A DNA stretch of 63,888 nucleotides, filler included, from Olpidium bornovanus S191 (lineage: Eukaryota > Fungi > Olpidiomycota), in NCBI GenBank assembly GCA_017911155.1. It is 27 parts of 27 records of this genome, joined end to end, with 100 filler letters (N's around TTAATTAATTAA, not from the genome) between each part and the next. Parts side by side here need not be neighbours in the genome. Positions count along the whole stretch, not along the records: positions 24,047 to 25,966 come from JAEFCI010006112.1; positions 26,067 to 29,875 come from JAEFCI010002382.1; positions 29,976 to 31,289 come from JAEFCI010003636.1; positions 31,390 to 32,900 come from JAEFCI010001587.1; positions 33,001 to 36,200 come from JAEFCI010006833.1; 22 more parts are not named here. One strand, written 5' to 3'. A program made the translations under genes and the position numbers. Positions 23,947 to 36,300 of this stretch are shown piece after piece. Within the stretch, counting starts at the first letter, position 1; each line of letters begins with the position of its first letter. The notes under the pieces were generated by a model. It saw only the letters and a program-made list of their open reading frames with translations, searched no databases and had not been told where the DNA came from.

Positions 23947-26066
23947 NNNNNNNNNNNNNNNNNNNNNNNNNNNNNNNNNNNNNNNNNNNNTTAATTAATT
24001 AANNNNNNNNNNNNNNNNNNNNNNNNNNNNNNNNNNNNNNNNNNNNAATATTTTATCTATACATAACTAAAAATGGATGCATCAGAGCACTATACATTGG
24101 TTTAACCCTTAATAAGTGGTAGTTCAAAGAACTTGTACCAGGCCGATCGCTATTCTTATGTTCATGTCTTCTGCGACGGCAGACCGGCTCGCGCGACGAA
24201 CTTGTGGAAGTTCTACAAAACCACCCGGGCACCGCGTGCTTCGCGGAATACCGGCACGCGACGAGGGCGGATATCGCCGAGTAATAGCGCATCGGCTGCC
24301 GGCGCGTGCCCGACATGTTTCGCTCGGGGCGGGGCGGGGCGGGGCGGGCGGGCGGGCGGGCGGGCGGCGGCCGTTGGAATTTCCCTAAGCGCGGGACCCC
24401 CGGAACGAAGGCCCGTCCGCAAAATTCCTCGCTTTTTCGCCGCGGACGGAGGAGGTGTCGTCCAGGCGCCTCGCGGATCTCCACCACGACGCGCAAAGAT
24501 CGCGGCCGCCCTTTCACGTTCTCCCGGTCGGTCACCCGCGACGACTGTGGCTGCGTCGTCTCGAGTCGAACTGAACGGGAGGCGATATCCCGAGACGCGA
24601 ATATTTCGACAATGATCCCATTTAGTTTGCCCACGGCTCGGCGATGAGACAGAGCTTTCTTCAAAACAGCCCGGCGTTGGTTCGACCGATGAACATCTCC
24701 AACTCTCCGAAGCCTCCGAAGCCGCGCTTACGAGGGCGGTCAACGCTGCAATGGTCATGTACCTGTAATGCCGATAACTAATGAACTTGAGGATCATGAT
24801 TGATCTGGACCTGGAAAATATCTTATAACCTGAAAGACTCATAGATTAGAATCGCACGTTTTACAACTGCCCAAGTAACTAAAGGAACAAGCATATCCCC
24901 GTGGTAAAAGTTCAACGCCTGAATGAGTCTGGAAAAATATTGTTGTAATTCTGTAACGGAATCCGACGGGGTTTTGGAATATGGGGCGTATGACTTTTGG
25001 TTTCGGCGGAATTGGGGACCTTTGGGTTTTGGGCTACCGGAATTTGTTAAATATGCAGCGGGTTCTTTAGCCGCCGCCCCGCCGCCCCTTCCCCTCCCAG
25101 GCAGCCACACAAAGGAGATTGTTGCTCTGGATTGTTATGCTTTCGTTCGTATACAACGTCAACTTTGCGTTCCAAACGTGTTGATACGATGTGTTATGGA
25201 CCCGTTCCTTGGCGGAACGCAAAAAAAAAATCAAAAATCAAAATGAAATCAGCGGACCATTCCCCCCGTTGAGTACATGCAAGTGTCGAATATCAACGGT
25301 CAAGCTCGCGGCAGCCACCACGACCCTTACTATTTTGGGGCCTGATTTCCCGACCGTCGTCGTTCAGAAGAGGCAATGCGCATCGTGTGGTTTAGGGACA
25401 AAAAGGCACCCGACGCAGGCATTTGCAAAACCATGGGCGATCCAAAAGGCGAGTTCCAATGGCCCGCTGCGGTTGGACGCCGCTCGAAGGACCACACAGC
25501 GACGCTGACGATGTCGCGCACGGCGTCCACCGACCAGATAAATTTACAATCCTGATAAAACGGCACAACGTTCGTCGCGGGCGCGCTCTTCGATAGGGGG
25601 GGAGTCTTTTTCGTACGCGCCAAAACTCTACGTTCTCTAAAAAGAGGATTTCAGCCGAGACGGGGAAGGCGGACCAGGAAGGATATAATATTTGCAAGAA
25701 AAAACCAGAGGAAAGGGCCGGATGATAATCGGTCTTTGCTGACGGGATTTGGCCGGACGGAATAAAAGCAGGGTGGCGCATTCGTTGAAAGCAAAAAAAA
25801 TAAAGCGGCAGCATAGGGCGGAAAGGCAATTCGGGCGTACGTGAAGCGTGCACGAGGAAGAAGAGATTTTCCTCGGTGTGACGGGTGGCAGAACCAAAAC
25901 AGAGGAGTGGGACTATCGGATATTGAAGGGCAAAGAAAGGGTGGAAATTACGATACACTCTCATGANNNNNNNNNNNNNNNNNNNNNNNNNNNNNNNNNN
26001 NNNNNNNNNNTTAATTAATTAANNNNNNNNNNNNNNNNNNNNNNNNNNNNNNNNNNNNNNNNNNNN

Positions 26067-26706
26067 GTCTCACAAATGGTAAGTTGCGATCAGATGCCAC
26101 GTGAGGATAGGCAATTTTGGAAGGTATCGGAATAAAATTTCCCTTCGTGATCCGTTCGAAGCAGCAGTTTATCCGCTTGATATCATGAAGCCCCTGCTGG
26201 TTTTTAGCGGCGACTCCTTTGACACCCACCCGGCGTACAAAATCGTCAAGTCGCTCTTTCTGGACTTCTTTCGCGGGGAGACCATTCCCGCGGTGAACCT
26301 GGGGGGCCTGGACCATGTCATCTCCGTGGTGGCGGGTCCGCTGGCCGAGGACGGCCGGCCCGGGAGGGTGTACTTTCGGGTCTACGCGGTGCAGCTGAAA
26401 AAGTCGGGCACGCGCATCCCTAGGGTGGAGCTGGAAGAGGTGGGCCCGTCGATCGACTTCTCCGTCAGGCGCGTCCGCGAGCCGGACGCGGACGTCTGGA
26501 AGCACGCGACCCGGCGGCCCAAGCAGGGGACGGCGGCGAAGCGCAAGAAGGAGAAGAACGTCGATGTGGACGGGCTCGGGGACGTGTACGGCCGCGTGCA
26601 CGTTGGCGACCAGAAGCTCGACGTCATACAGACCAGGAAGATGAAGGGCCTCAAGAGGGCCAGAACAGCCGCGAAGGGCCGCACGGAGAGCGAGGAGGAG
26701 GAATGA
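26067..26706 (+). CDS. RPF2: Ribosome production factor 2 (Brix domain), 5'-partial
   Basis: KPLLVFSGDSFD...KSLFLDFFRGE...GLDHVISV...LKKSGTRIPRVELEEVGPSIDFSVRR...KNVDVDGLGDVYGRVHVGDQKLDVIQTRKMKGLK. Confidence 0.93.
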
Positions 26707-27462
26707 TTTTTTTTTTTTTTTTTTTTTTTTGCTTTTCGTCGCCCGCGTTTGACCAGCGCGGCGGCCCGGTGCATGCCACGCACGTCCGGTCTCCCGGTTT
26801 CCCAACACCCCTTTCCCCCTCCCTCCCCTCCCCCCCTTCCCCCACCATCCGGCTACCGCGCAACCTGTTTTCGAGCGGGCGCCGCGTGCCGCGGGTGAAC
26901 GACAGCGATGTGAGCGCGAAGAGCGACGGCACACGGCAAGAAACGCGAAGCCATGTGCGGGGTGGGAGACCATTGCTCGCGGCGGGGCAGCTTCGCCCTC
27001 CCTGGTGACGCTGATGTTTCGAAGGCCTGCGCAGGTTCAGCAGGGCCCAAAATATTGTATCAAGTAGGCGAGCGCACGTATAGTTCTATCCATGGTATCA
27101 GCGACAAAAGAGGGGGGGGGGACTTCTAGCGTTACAAATAGGGGGTATTTTGTACAGTACATGGCGGCTGCGGCGAGGCGGACCCGGGTTTTGGGTGGGT
27201 AAGGAGGTGTGGGGGGGAAGTGGCGCGGTGGGGGGAGAGGGGCCGCAGATTGTGAGGGGTAGAAAATGAAAATTTTCCGGAAGCGGAACAAAAAACAAAA
27301 AGAAAAAAAAAACGCTAGTCGGGGTATTATTATTGGTTTGGGTCCCGAAATTCTATTCTTTCTACACTTATAGAAGGGCCATGTTTCTAGAGATCCGCAG
27401 CAAAAAAAAAAAAAAAGAATTAAAAAAAACGCAATAAATAAAGGAGATAAAGGAGATAAACT

Positions 27463-29669
27463 TCACACGGACCGAAGGGCGACGGCCCCGCCGCCGCCTT
27501 CGGAGACGGAGTGATCTGCAGGCTCTGCTGCTGCTAGTGCTGCTGCGGCTGCTGCGAGGGCCAGGCTCGCGGTCTCGTTGACGTCGGGGGGCGGCTGCGG
27601 CAACGCCGTCCCCGCCCCGCCCGTGGGGTCCGGGACGACGACGACCTGCTCGGCCGGTAACATCTCAACGTCTGCGTCGGGGATCTGCCACGCCGCGGCG
27701 GTGGTGACGTCGGCGTGGTGGGCTGCCGCGCACGCGGCCGGTTCTGCAGCCGCGGCGTCGCAGGCACCGGCGCCGTCGAGCGGCGGCGGCTGCTGCGGCG
27801 GTGGGGTCGCCGACAACGCCGCCGCGTCGAGCGGGTCAGGGAGGAGGAGGAGCGGGGCGCTGCCGCCGCCGCGGAGCTCTGCGATCCGGCGGTTGAGCTT
27901 GTTGAACCGCTCGTTGACGAGGGCGATGACGGGTTTGATCGCCTCCATGACGGCCTCGCGGGTCGCCGCCGCGGCCGCCGCCGTGTCCCTCGGGTCCGAC
28001 AGCTCGGCGGCGGAGGCGTGCGTCGACGCCCAAAATGGAGAGAGCCGGTGCCGGAGCAGCGTCGTGCTTGACGACGCGCGGTCGGCGTGGCTGTCGCGCG
28101 CGGCCGCGTAGGGGTGGTAGGCGGGGTGCTGGTGATGCTGGCGGTGGTGGTGCCGCTGCGGCTGCTGGTGCCGGCCGTGGCCGCTGTGGTTGCCGGCCCC
28201 GCCGCCGTCCTGGTTTTGGTGACGGTGGTTGTGGTGCTGGGGCTGGTGCGCCTGCTGCTGCAGGAGCCGGCCGCCGCCGTCCCACGGGCGGTACGGCGCG
28301 CGGGCGGAAGCCAGCGACGGGTCGGCGCCGATGTCGAGGAGGTGCGCGGCGAGCTGCTGGTTCCGGTTGCGCGTGGCGAGCATGAGGGGCGTCTCGCCCC
28401 TCGCGTCGGCGGCGTTAACGGTTCGGCCGTACCACCGCAGGTCGGCGGCGCGGAGCAGCAGCCGGCGCAGGTGCTCCATGTAGTACCTCGCCGCGGGAGC
28501 CATCGGCGAGTCGGGCGTCGTGTCGGCGATGATGTGGAGGACGTTCCGGTCGTCCCGGTCCAGCATCGGTATCGTCTCCTGGAGCGTCGCCAGAATGTCC
28601 GGGAAGCCGCGGGTGACGTAGCTGTTCGCGAACGAGACCGACCGCATCAGCGCCGTCTGGCCGCGGTTGTCTCGCGCGGCGGGGTCCGCCCCGTTGGACC
28701 GCACGGCGTGCCGCACGACGTGCTGCCGCCCCAGCGCCGCCGCCCAGTGCAGCGGGGCGTGGCCGTCCGCGTCGACCGGCGCGTCCGGGTCGAACTCGTG
28801 CGGCGGCTGGGCGAGCAGGCGGGGGATGCGGTCGCTGTTCTCGCCGTAAAAGTGCTCCAGCAGTTCCCTCGACCACGCCCGCCGCTCCTTCGACAGCCGG
28901 CCGCCGTGCGCCGCCGGCGTCCTCTCCCGCCGCGCCGCCGCCGGGTCTTCCGCCGCCTCCCACGTCTCCGAGCAGCTGTAGCTCTCTCCCGCCGGCGAGG
29001 CCGCCCGCGAGCTGCTGTCGTACTCCCGATCCCCGCGCCGCCGCTGCGGCGAACCGGACCCGGCCAGGCTTTCGTCGCTCTCCTCGTCGGAGCTCTCGAG
29101 CTCCATCTCTTCTCCGACGCCGTCCTGCTGAACCTCCTCGTCATCGTCATCGTCATCGTCATCGTCGTCATCGTCATCGTCATCGTCGGAGTCGGAGTCG
29201 GAGTCGGAGTCGTCGGATTCGGAGTCGGAGTCGGAATCGGAGTCGGAGTCGTTATCGCCGTGGCCGTCGACGCCGCAGTCGCCGTCGTCGCCCTCTACCG
29301 CCTCCTCGTCGCCGTCCTCCTCCTCGTCCTCGTCCGACGAGTCCTCGTTGTTCTCGATGTCAACGTCGTCGTCCGAATCCAACCTCCGCTTTCTAGGCGC
29401 GAAAGACGGCCGCGCGTGGGAAAGGGACACGCTCTCGAAGCCGTGGGGCCCGGTGGACGGCGGCCGCAGGCCTACCGGGCGCCCCGCCTTCGCCAGGGTG
29501 GATGCCACCGAGTACCTGCCGAACATCTCGCTGATCCCCGCCGGGTTCGTGCCCGCTCGGCACGTCACGCCGCCGACGCTGTTGGTGCGGACGAGGATGG
29601 GCCGGATCTCCTCTTCGATGCTGTACTTGCTCGCGATGCGGACTCCGACGTCGTACGGGACCCATGTGC
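27463..29669 (-). CDS. SBF/MBF-type transcription factor (end of KilA-N/APSES domain + ankyrin repeats), 5'-partial
   Basis: Acceptor CCCAG| then GTWVPYDVGVRIASKYSIEEEIRPIL (end of KilA-N). Ankyrins DADGHAPLHWAAALGR, RGQTALMRSVSFANSY, RNVLHIIA, RGETPLMLA. Mbp1/Swi4/Res family; the paralog cannot be assigned. Confidence 0.9.
29139..29250 (-). repeat. Coding microsatellites (GACTCC)n/(GATGAC)n encoding DS repeats and poly-D
   Basis: TCATCG and GAGTCG hexamer runs on the + strand lie inside the SBF/MBF exon. Confidence 0.85.
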
Positions 29670-31139
29670 CTGGGTTCCCCGGTTTTGGCGGGGGAAAGAA
29701 AACAACGAAGAAACGCGGGACGGTCAGCCCGGCGATCGTGCGAACCCCGGTGGAGAGGAGAGAGGCGGGGGCGGGGAAAGGGGGGGAGGGGGGGGGGGGG
29801 GGGGTGGGGGGGGCAACCCCGGGCAACGAACCTTGATACTTCCCGCACCCGCCCTGGACTTTGCTGTGTTCGCAANNNNNNNNNNNNNNNNNNNNNNNNN
29901 NNNNNNNNNNNNNNNNNNNTTAATTAATTAANNNNNNNNNNNNNNNNNNNNNNNNNNNNNNNNNNNNNNNNNNNNCATGAAAAAAAAAAGTCGCGATTGA
30001 CAAGGCCAGGTGGATATTCTTCATTGGATAGGACGCGCTATTGGGCTGGGGCGTGTCGGGACCCGGACAGCACCTCTCAGGCTTTTTTAGGAGCTTGGGA
30101 GGTGCGTGGCGCCGACCCGTCTGCAGGCTGCCGTTCTCGATTGCAAAACGGGGGGGGGCCGGTAACAAAACCCCGAACGACCGCCTGCAAACGCCCGTGG
30201 TTTTCTTTCGTCGGTCTCATCGACCGGTAGTGACACCACCATTGGTGCCTTCGGTGCTTTTTTTTGTCACTCGTGTGGCGGGGGAAAAGGGGGTGGCTGT
30301 CCGCCCTTTCGACCGGGGCTATGAGAATATACAAACAAACAAAATAACTAAACTAAAAATATATGCCGGGGTTCGGGATCTATGCAGAATCTGTTGGACG
30401 CTTTTGTTTATTTGGGAGCGGAGAGCGAGGCTGACTTTACAAAGAAGGGGTACATGGGGCGTGTGGCAGGCGTAAACAATCAGGGGTTCTGAGTAACTAG
30501 TGGTACCATGGCGTCCTCTCCCCTCCAGCACTCAACAGCATCGTCTACCAGAAAGGCGCGCGCGCGCGCGCGGCGAGGCGCTGCCGCCTGAGCGCGCGGT
30601 CCTTCTGCGGCTTCCCGCACGTCCGCTCCCACCGCCTGCGCTCTCTCGCAGAGAGGGGGAGGGGCCAGCTCCGCGAGCGGAAAACAACGAAAAAAGAAAA
30701 AAGAAAAAAAATAAATGGGGGGGGGGGGGGGGGGGGTTCTGGGGGGGGAAAGAAAAGAAGAAAAGGAGGGGAAGAACGGGACGACGCCTCTCGTATGGAA
30801 TCAAAAGAAAAGGTTCAGCGGGGAAGGAGGATTTTTTTCGGGGAGGCGGGGGAGGGAGGAAAACGCGCGCGGGGGAAGGAAAAAAAAAAGGGGGAGGGCA
30901 GGGGGGAAGGGGAAAAGGGGAAAGGGGACGACGGGAGGAGGGAAAAAAGAGCGGAACGTTAAAACTAATTGGTTTTTTTTTCGCTTCGCGACGCGTTCTT
31001 TTTTTATGTGGCGTAGCGTGGCGACGGAACGCGCGCCCGCGGCAACGCTTCCGAAACCCCCTTTTCCCCCCCCCCCATCCTCCTCCCTCCCTCCCTCCCT
31101 CGCTTTCTCTCCTCCCCAGCAGCAGCGGCCGTTGCCGTG

Positions 31140-31200
<61 letters not shown>

Positions 31201-31208
31201 CCCCCTTC

Positions 31209-31281
<73 letters not shown>

Positions 31282-31609
31282 CGGGCGGCNNNNNNNNNNN
31301 NNNNNNNNNNNNNNNNNNNNNNNNNNNNNNNNNTTAATTAATTAANNNNNNNNNNNNNNNNNNNNNNNNNNNNNNNNNNNNNNNNNNNNACCGCGCATCT
31401 GCACGCTGGGCCAACGAGCTCGTCCTGCCGTTTTGTTTTTTTTTTTTCGTGGTGTTTTCCTTTGTTCCTTTTTGGAGCTGCTGTATCCCCGCCCGTTGTG
31501 GTTGGGGACGGGGAGGGGGAGGGGGTTGTTGGTTCGCCCCGTTCCCACGCAACCAAACCCGACCCCGCTCCGCTTGTTTCCTAAACAGAAAAAAAAAAAC
31601 CAGCAAACC

Positions 31610-32753
31610 ATGGCCCTGGTGAGAAGCGAGGGGGGGAAGGGGGGGAAGGGGGAGGGGGGTGGTGGGAAGCGGGCGGGGGAGCTGCCGCGCACAAGGGCTG
31701 CCCGGCGGAGCCAGAGAAACGTTCGCTCGAGAACCCGCAGACACCGAACGCCCCAACCGCGATCCCCGGGGAGACGAAAGGAGGAAGGGGAATTCTTCGC
31801 GGCGCGCAGCTGCGCGCGCTGAGCGGCTATCGAGAAAAGGAGGAAAAAGTGGCAGCGCAAAATCGTCCGGGCGTTGCCGATTGTGGGAGGGTGCAAAGGG
31901 GGACAAAGGGGGGCGGGCCCCGAATGTCGCGCTGTGCGCATCCCGCCAAACGCGCGTTTTTGAGCCCAATGATCCAGAGTCCGCCCCGGCGAACGAGACA
32001 GGCCGTTGGGAAATTGAGCGCCCCGGCCGCCGCGCCCGGGTGGCTTCGGTTCGCGTCGTTACACTCATATCGCTACACTCTTTTCTTTTCTGTGCCAAAC
32101 CCGTCTTTTTTGGGTTCACTTCCTGGCTCCCCGCCCTTCCCATTCCCAGCCCCAAAAGCCGATCGGCGACGAGGAGTTTGACGAGGAGACAAAGCAAGAG
32201 CTCCAGCGGTTTCTCGAGGGCGAGAATGCCAAGGCTCGCCTACAGCAAACCATTCACATGTTCACCGGTACGCTCCCAAGAGACCCAGTTTTCGTCGCAC
32301 TCCCTCCACGGGGGCGAGCGCTTTTGGTGCCTTCACTTTGTGCTGACCCGGGTCGGGACGATGTCCGTTGTCAGAGCTGTGCTGGGATAAGTGCGTCACG
32401 AAGATAAGCAGCCGTTTCAGCGGGAACGAGGAGACCTGCGTGGTCAATTGCGTCGAAAGGTGCGCGACCGGAACGCGAGATCGTCGACCAGGGGTCCCCT
32501 TTTTTTCTTGTTATCCGCCTTCCGAATTTTTCGTGGGAGTCCTGCTAACTCGCGCAACGCGCTTGCCTGCGTTGAATTTGACCTCTTTCAGGTTCCTCGA
32601 CTCGTCCGTTCACATTGGTACGCGGCGTTTTGAGCGCGTTTCTGCGATGAATCAGCTGTCTTTAGTTTGTCCCTGACTAGAGTATTTATTGCTTACTCGC
32701 ATTTTTCTCGATTATTAGTCAAGCGACTCGATGAGCAGCAGCAGCGACAATGA
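31610..32753 (+). CDS. TIM8: Mitochondrial small Tim chaperone Tim8, 5 exons
   Basis: MAL|PQKPIGDEEFDEETKQELQRFLEGENAKARLQQTIHMFT|ELCWDKCVTKISSRFSGNEETCVVNCVER|FLDSSVHI|VKRLDEQQQRQ*, with twin CX3C. The 9-nt first exon is inferred. Confidence 0.88.
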
Positions 32754-34125
32754 CATAGGGAAGGAGCCGTGTTCGGCGTTCATGAAACAAGTCAGAATGA
32801 AAAACCACCGGACATTCTCTGCCACATAGAGTCTTTTCCAGTACCCTTTCAAAATGCTGTGCAAGTATCGTATATCGATCATCTGGTAGTTCGTCAGAAG
32901 NNNNNNNNNNNNNNNNNNNNNNNNNNNNNNNNNNNNNNNNNNNNTTAATTAATTAANNNNNNNNNNNNNNNNNNNNNNNNNNNNNNNNNNNNNNNNNNNN
33001 CATGGGCTTGGGACCCTTCCCGGCCGGAAGAAAAAACCCCCCGGCGCGGGAGCTGCATAAAAATGTGGCCCTGGGTTGCGCGCTTCATTACTGCACCCCG
33101 TAAGGGACGGGTCGGGTGGCCAGCCCTCACCGTTTACTTCCCCACGGCACTCGTCGGAAAATTTTTTAAAAAGATCAAACCCACCGGCATTTGCAGATCA
33201 GACTCGACCGGCGAGAACGGGTCTGCGCGGCCTTATGAGAAAGATCCAGAACGGCAACCCAGGTAAACGTTCTAAGCAAAATTGCCGGCTTTTTTCGGGT
33301 TTGGCCGAACTGGCGCCGGGCCTCTGCCGCCCTGCGAATTGCCAGGACGGCATTGGCAGGACCCCTCAGACAAGTCACGGGAAGGGGGGGTCCCTCTTCA
33401 GCTCCGTCGACGGGGAGCCCACGACAAACAACTCATGTTCAAGTGTCAGTAAATTATTCTCCACACATTATGTTTGCCCTCACACCCCACCCCCCCACCC
33501 CCCCTCAATTTACCTTTTGGCTACTCGGTGTCAGTGCCATAATTCGTTTTTTCTGCGACCTCGCCGCTGCCCATGGGGTAACGCTCGTCCAAGACAATGT
33601 CCCACCACGCGCGGCTCTCCTGATTCTGGCGTTTTTTGTGAACGACTTCTATGTTCTTAGCTCAACCGACGTGACACATATTTGAAACTGCCGTTCACCC
33701 GTACCGTGTTCTCTGCAGAGTTCTGCAGTTCAAGGCAAATGTGGCCAAATAAGAGACGTCGTCAACGCTATCGAAAAATACGAAGCTGACTCTATACCAA
33801 GAAAATACCAGGTTGATATCTGCAGTCGGGTCTTGATAGAGCTGCTTGATGTTGACACAACGCTTTTCCTTGCGAACCGAATCATCACTTCGAATGAATG
33901 CCCACCGTCTCCGGAATGATCGCAACAGGGGGCGAAAAAGCAAAGCACTCGCGGACGGCGACGACTCCCAAGAAGCCCCGCGGCCGCTGACGCCAATGGT
34001 GGACGTCCGGCCAGAAATATCGTGATCCCGCTGAGAAAAAACCGCAGTTTGACTCTCGTGCTCGTCCCTTTGGAGTCCGGCCCACGTCGGTTTCTCTGCA
34101 AACTCCAAAAGGCGAAGTGACCGTC

Positions 34126-34163
<38 letters not shown>

Positions 34164-34598
34164 AGCCGACTTCTTACCGAGCTGGCCCGTAGGTTTCACC
34201 CGTCCCCGTCAACCCGTTCCTCTAGACGTTGCAGAAGGGCGGGGCTCCCGTCTTTCTGAGTTTTGACCCTAGGCGCTGGAAACAAATTTCGCGTCTCCAG
34301 CTGCGGCAACACGTCCGGCCTGTTGGCCTTGCTTCCGCCCAACCCAGCTGCCTCGCAGAGGCTTGTCGCGCAGCTCTCCCGGTGAGAAGCGCGCGCGGCT
34401 CGCGCCCTCTCGTTCCTTTCCTACCTGCCAACGCCACAGCCGCCCCTTTCCCCCAAGAGGCAAGAGAAAAAGTGGGTGAGGAGTGAGGGAGCGCAGAAAA
34501 CACCGGCAGGCAGGCAAGGTGCCTTACTCTCTTTCGGGCCGTCAACAGTAGCCTTGGGGTCTCCACCCAAGTTATGAGGCAGGTGTCGCAAGGGATCG

Positions 34599-34752
34599 CC
34601 GGTAAAGTACGGTAGCTCGGCCGGGACGCAGCCCGAAGCAAAGCGACGGCCGCGCCAAGAGGCGGGTGTGACAAGGGCCCTCCGGCGGAGTACGGCGGCT
34701 CCGCGGGACACAGCCCGAAGCAAAAGCGAAGCAAAAGCGACGGGCCGCGCCC
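34599..34752 (+). repeat. Imperfect ~80-bp direct duplication
   Basis: ...GTACGG...GGGACRCAGCCCGAAGCAAA(A)GCGACGG(G)CCGCGCC occurs twice. Confidence 0.7.
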
Positions 34753-35149
34753 TTCCCTTCTCTGTGCGGTCGCTGTCTCCCGACCTTTTCTCTTTTGCTC
34801 CTCTCGCCTCCTGCTTGCGGAAGCGCGTGTTCCCTTGCTCCCTTCCCCCGCCGTCGCTTTTTTTTTTCTTCTTTTCCGTTCTGGTTTCTCACACCGCCCC
34901 CGCCGCGTGGGGGGCGAGGAGGCGGGTTTTACAGGCCCGCAATCGGCCGGTTTCGCGGTGTGGCTCCGGTCACGTGACCTTTAGGAAAACCACAAAAAGC
35001 GCTACCGGCCGGTTTAGTTCACCGAGGAAAAATCCCTAAAAAGAAAAACGGGGTAGCCAAGCCCCTCCAACAAAACAAACCTGAGTTCGAATCCCCGTCA
35101 AGACAACAAAAAATTTAAATAAAACCAAAAAGGGTTTAAATTCCCTTTT

Positions 35150-35296
35150 GGTCCTTGCTTTTTTTGCCCATCCCCCCACCCGACCACCGCCGCTGAAAGA
35201 CTAATATGCGGGCAAGCATGCTTTTTGTCCTCGCTTTTTTTGCCCATCCCCATCCGACCGCCGCCGCGGAAAGACTAAGATGCGGGCAAGCATGCT
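35150..35296 (+). repeat. Imperfect ~76-bp tandem duplication
   Basis: TTTGCCCATCCCC...CCGACC...GAAAGACTAA.ATGCGGGCAAGCATGCT occurs twice. Confidence 0.8.
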
Positions 35297-35380
35297 CCTG
35301 ATTAGCGTTGGGCAGTACCATGACTAAACCTCGCGCGGTTTTTCTTTGCACATCAACCAGCGCTTCCTGCTTAACGTACT

Positions 35381-35476
35381 GTGACTGCGTGAGTGCATGT
35401 TATTGTGACTGCGTGAGTGCATGTTAATGTGACTGCGTGAGTGCATGTTAATGTGACTGCGTGAGTGCATGTTAAG
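35381..35476 (+). repeat. 24-bp minisatellite, 4 copies
   Basis: GTGACTGCGTGAGTGCATGTTAAT units at 35381, 35405, 35429 and 35453, differing only in the last 2 nt. Confidence 0.97.
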
Positions 35477-36300
35477 TCTTGATTGAGCTCGCCACGGCCC
35501 CAGAATTGATACCGTCGAAAATCTTTGAGCGCGGATCTATAACTCCAAACTTCCACCTTTTGCTGCGATCAAGCTCACCTCGTGCGCCGGGAAGCTCCGC
35601 GGCCGGAACCTTTCGCCGCCGCGAAGCCATCATCGTTGGCACATTCGCCCTCGTTGTAGTTGTCGTCGAAGTCGTCGCTTTCATCCGGCCTCGTCGTTGG
35701 CACGCTCAAAATAACTGGCCTTTAATCTCCGTTTACTGCCGTAGCTGCGTCGGCTTCCGTCGCCTGTTGCTGCCGTCGACGACGGCGTTGATATGCTCGA
35801 TACGAATCGGCTTTAGGCTGCACGAGGGGAGGGGAAGGAGGACGTAAACTTTAGAGCACGAATAATAAGTGATATTTTCATTATCGCCCGCGTTATTTTA
35901 TGAATGTCGTGATCCTCGTAATCATTGCCCTTATCCGATGTTTCGCCACGGCTGTTGCTGCACATAATGCGTCATATTCGTCGGCCTGGCGGAATACCTC
36001 TCTTATCCGCGAACCGCTATATTCGGGCCCCACTGTCATACGATCTCCCCCAAGTAAAATGTAACGTTCCTGCAGGGATTTGTCTGGTCGGAGGGCCGGC
36101 CTTGGGACGGCGACCCAGTCGACTCTTGTTTCTGTGTATCCTGCAAGGTGCGCGAGACTCTGCATTTGGGCGCCAGTAAGTGTTTTAAAACATAAACATG
36201 NNNNNNNNNNNNNNNNNNNNNNNNNNNNNNNNNNNNNNNNNNNNTTAATTAATTAANNNNNNNNNNNNNNNNNNNNNNNNNNNNNNNNNNNNNNNNNNNN

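Noticed and set aside
28087-29931. 614-aa + strand ORF (and 59940-61019, 26011-26973)
   Set aside because: These are antisense shadows of high-GC coding exons on the opposite strand, extended through N linkers.
33715-33920. Possible terminal exon ...QIRDVVNAIEKYEADSIPRKYQVDICSRVLIELLD...
   Set aside because: No family recognised and no upstream exons could be linked with confidence.
35049-35098. A-box-like TAGCCAAG and B-box GAGTTCGAATCC
   Set aside because: No cloverleaf, anticodon arm or T-stem pairing; at most a Pol III promoter relic.
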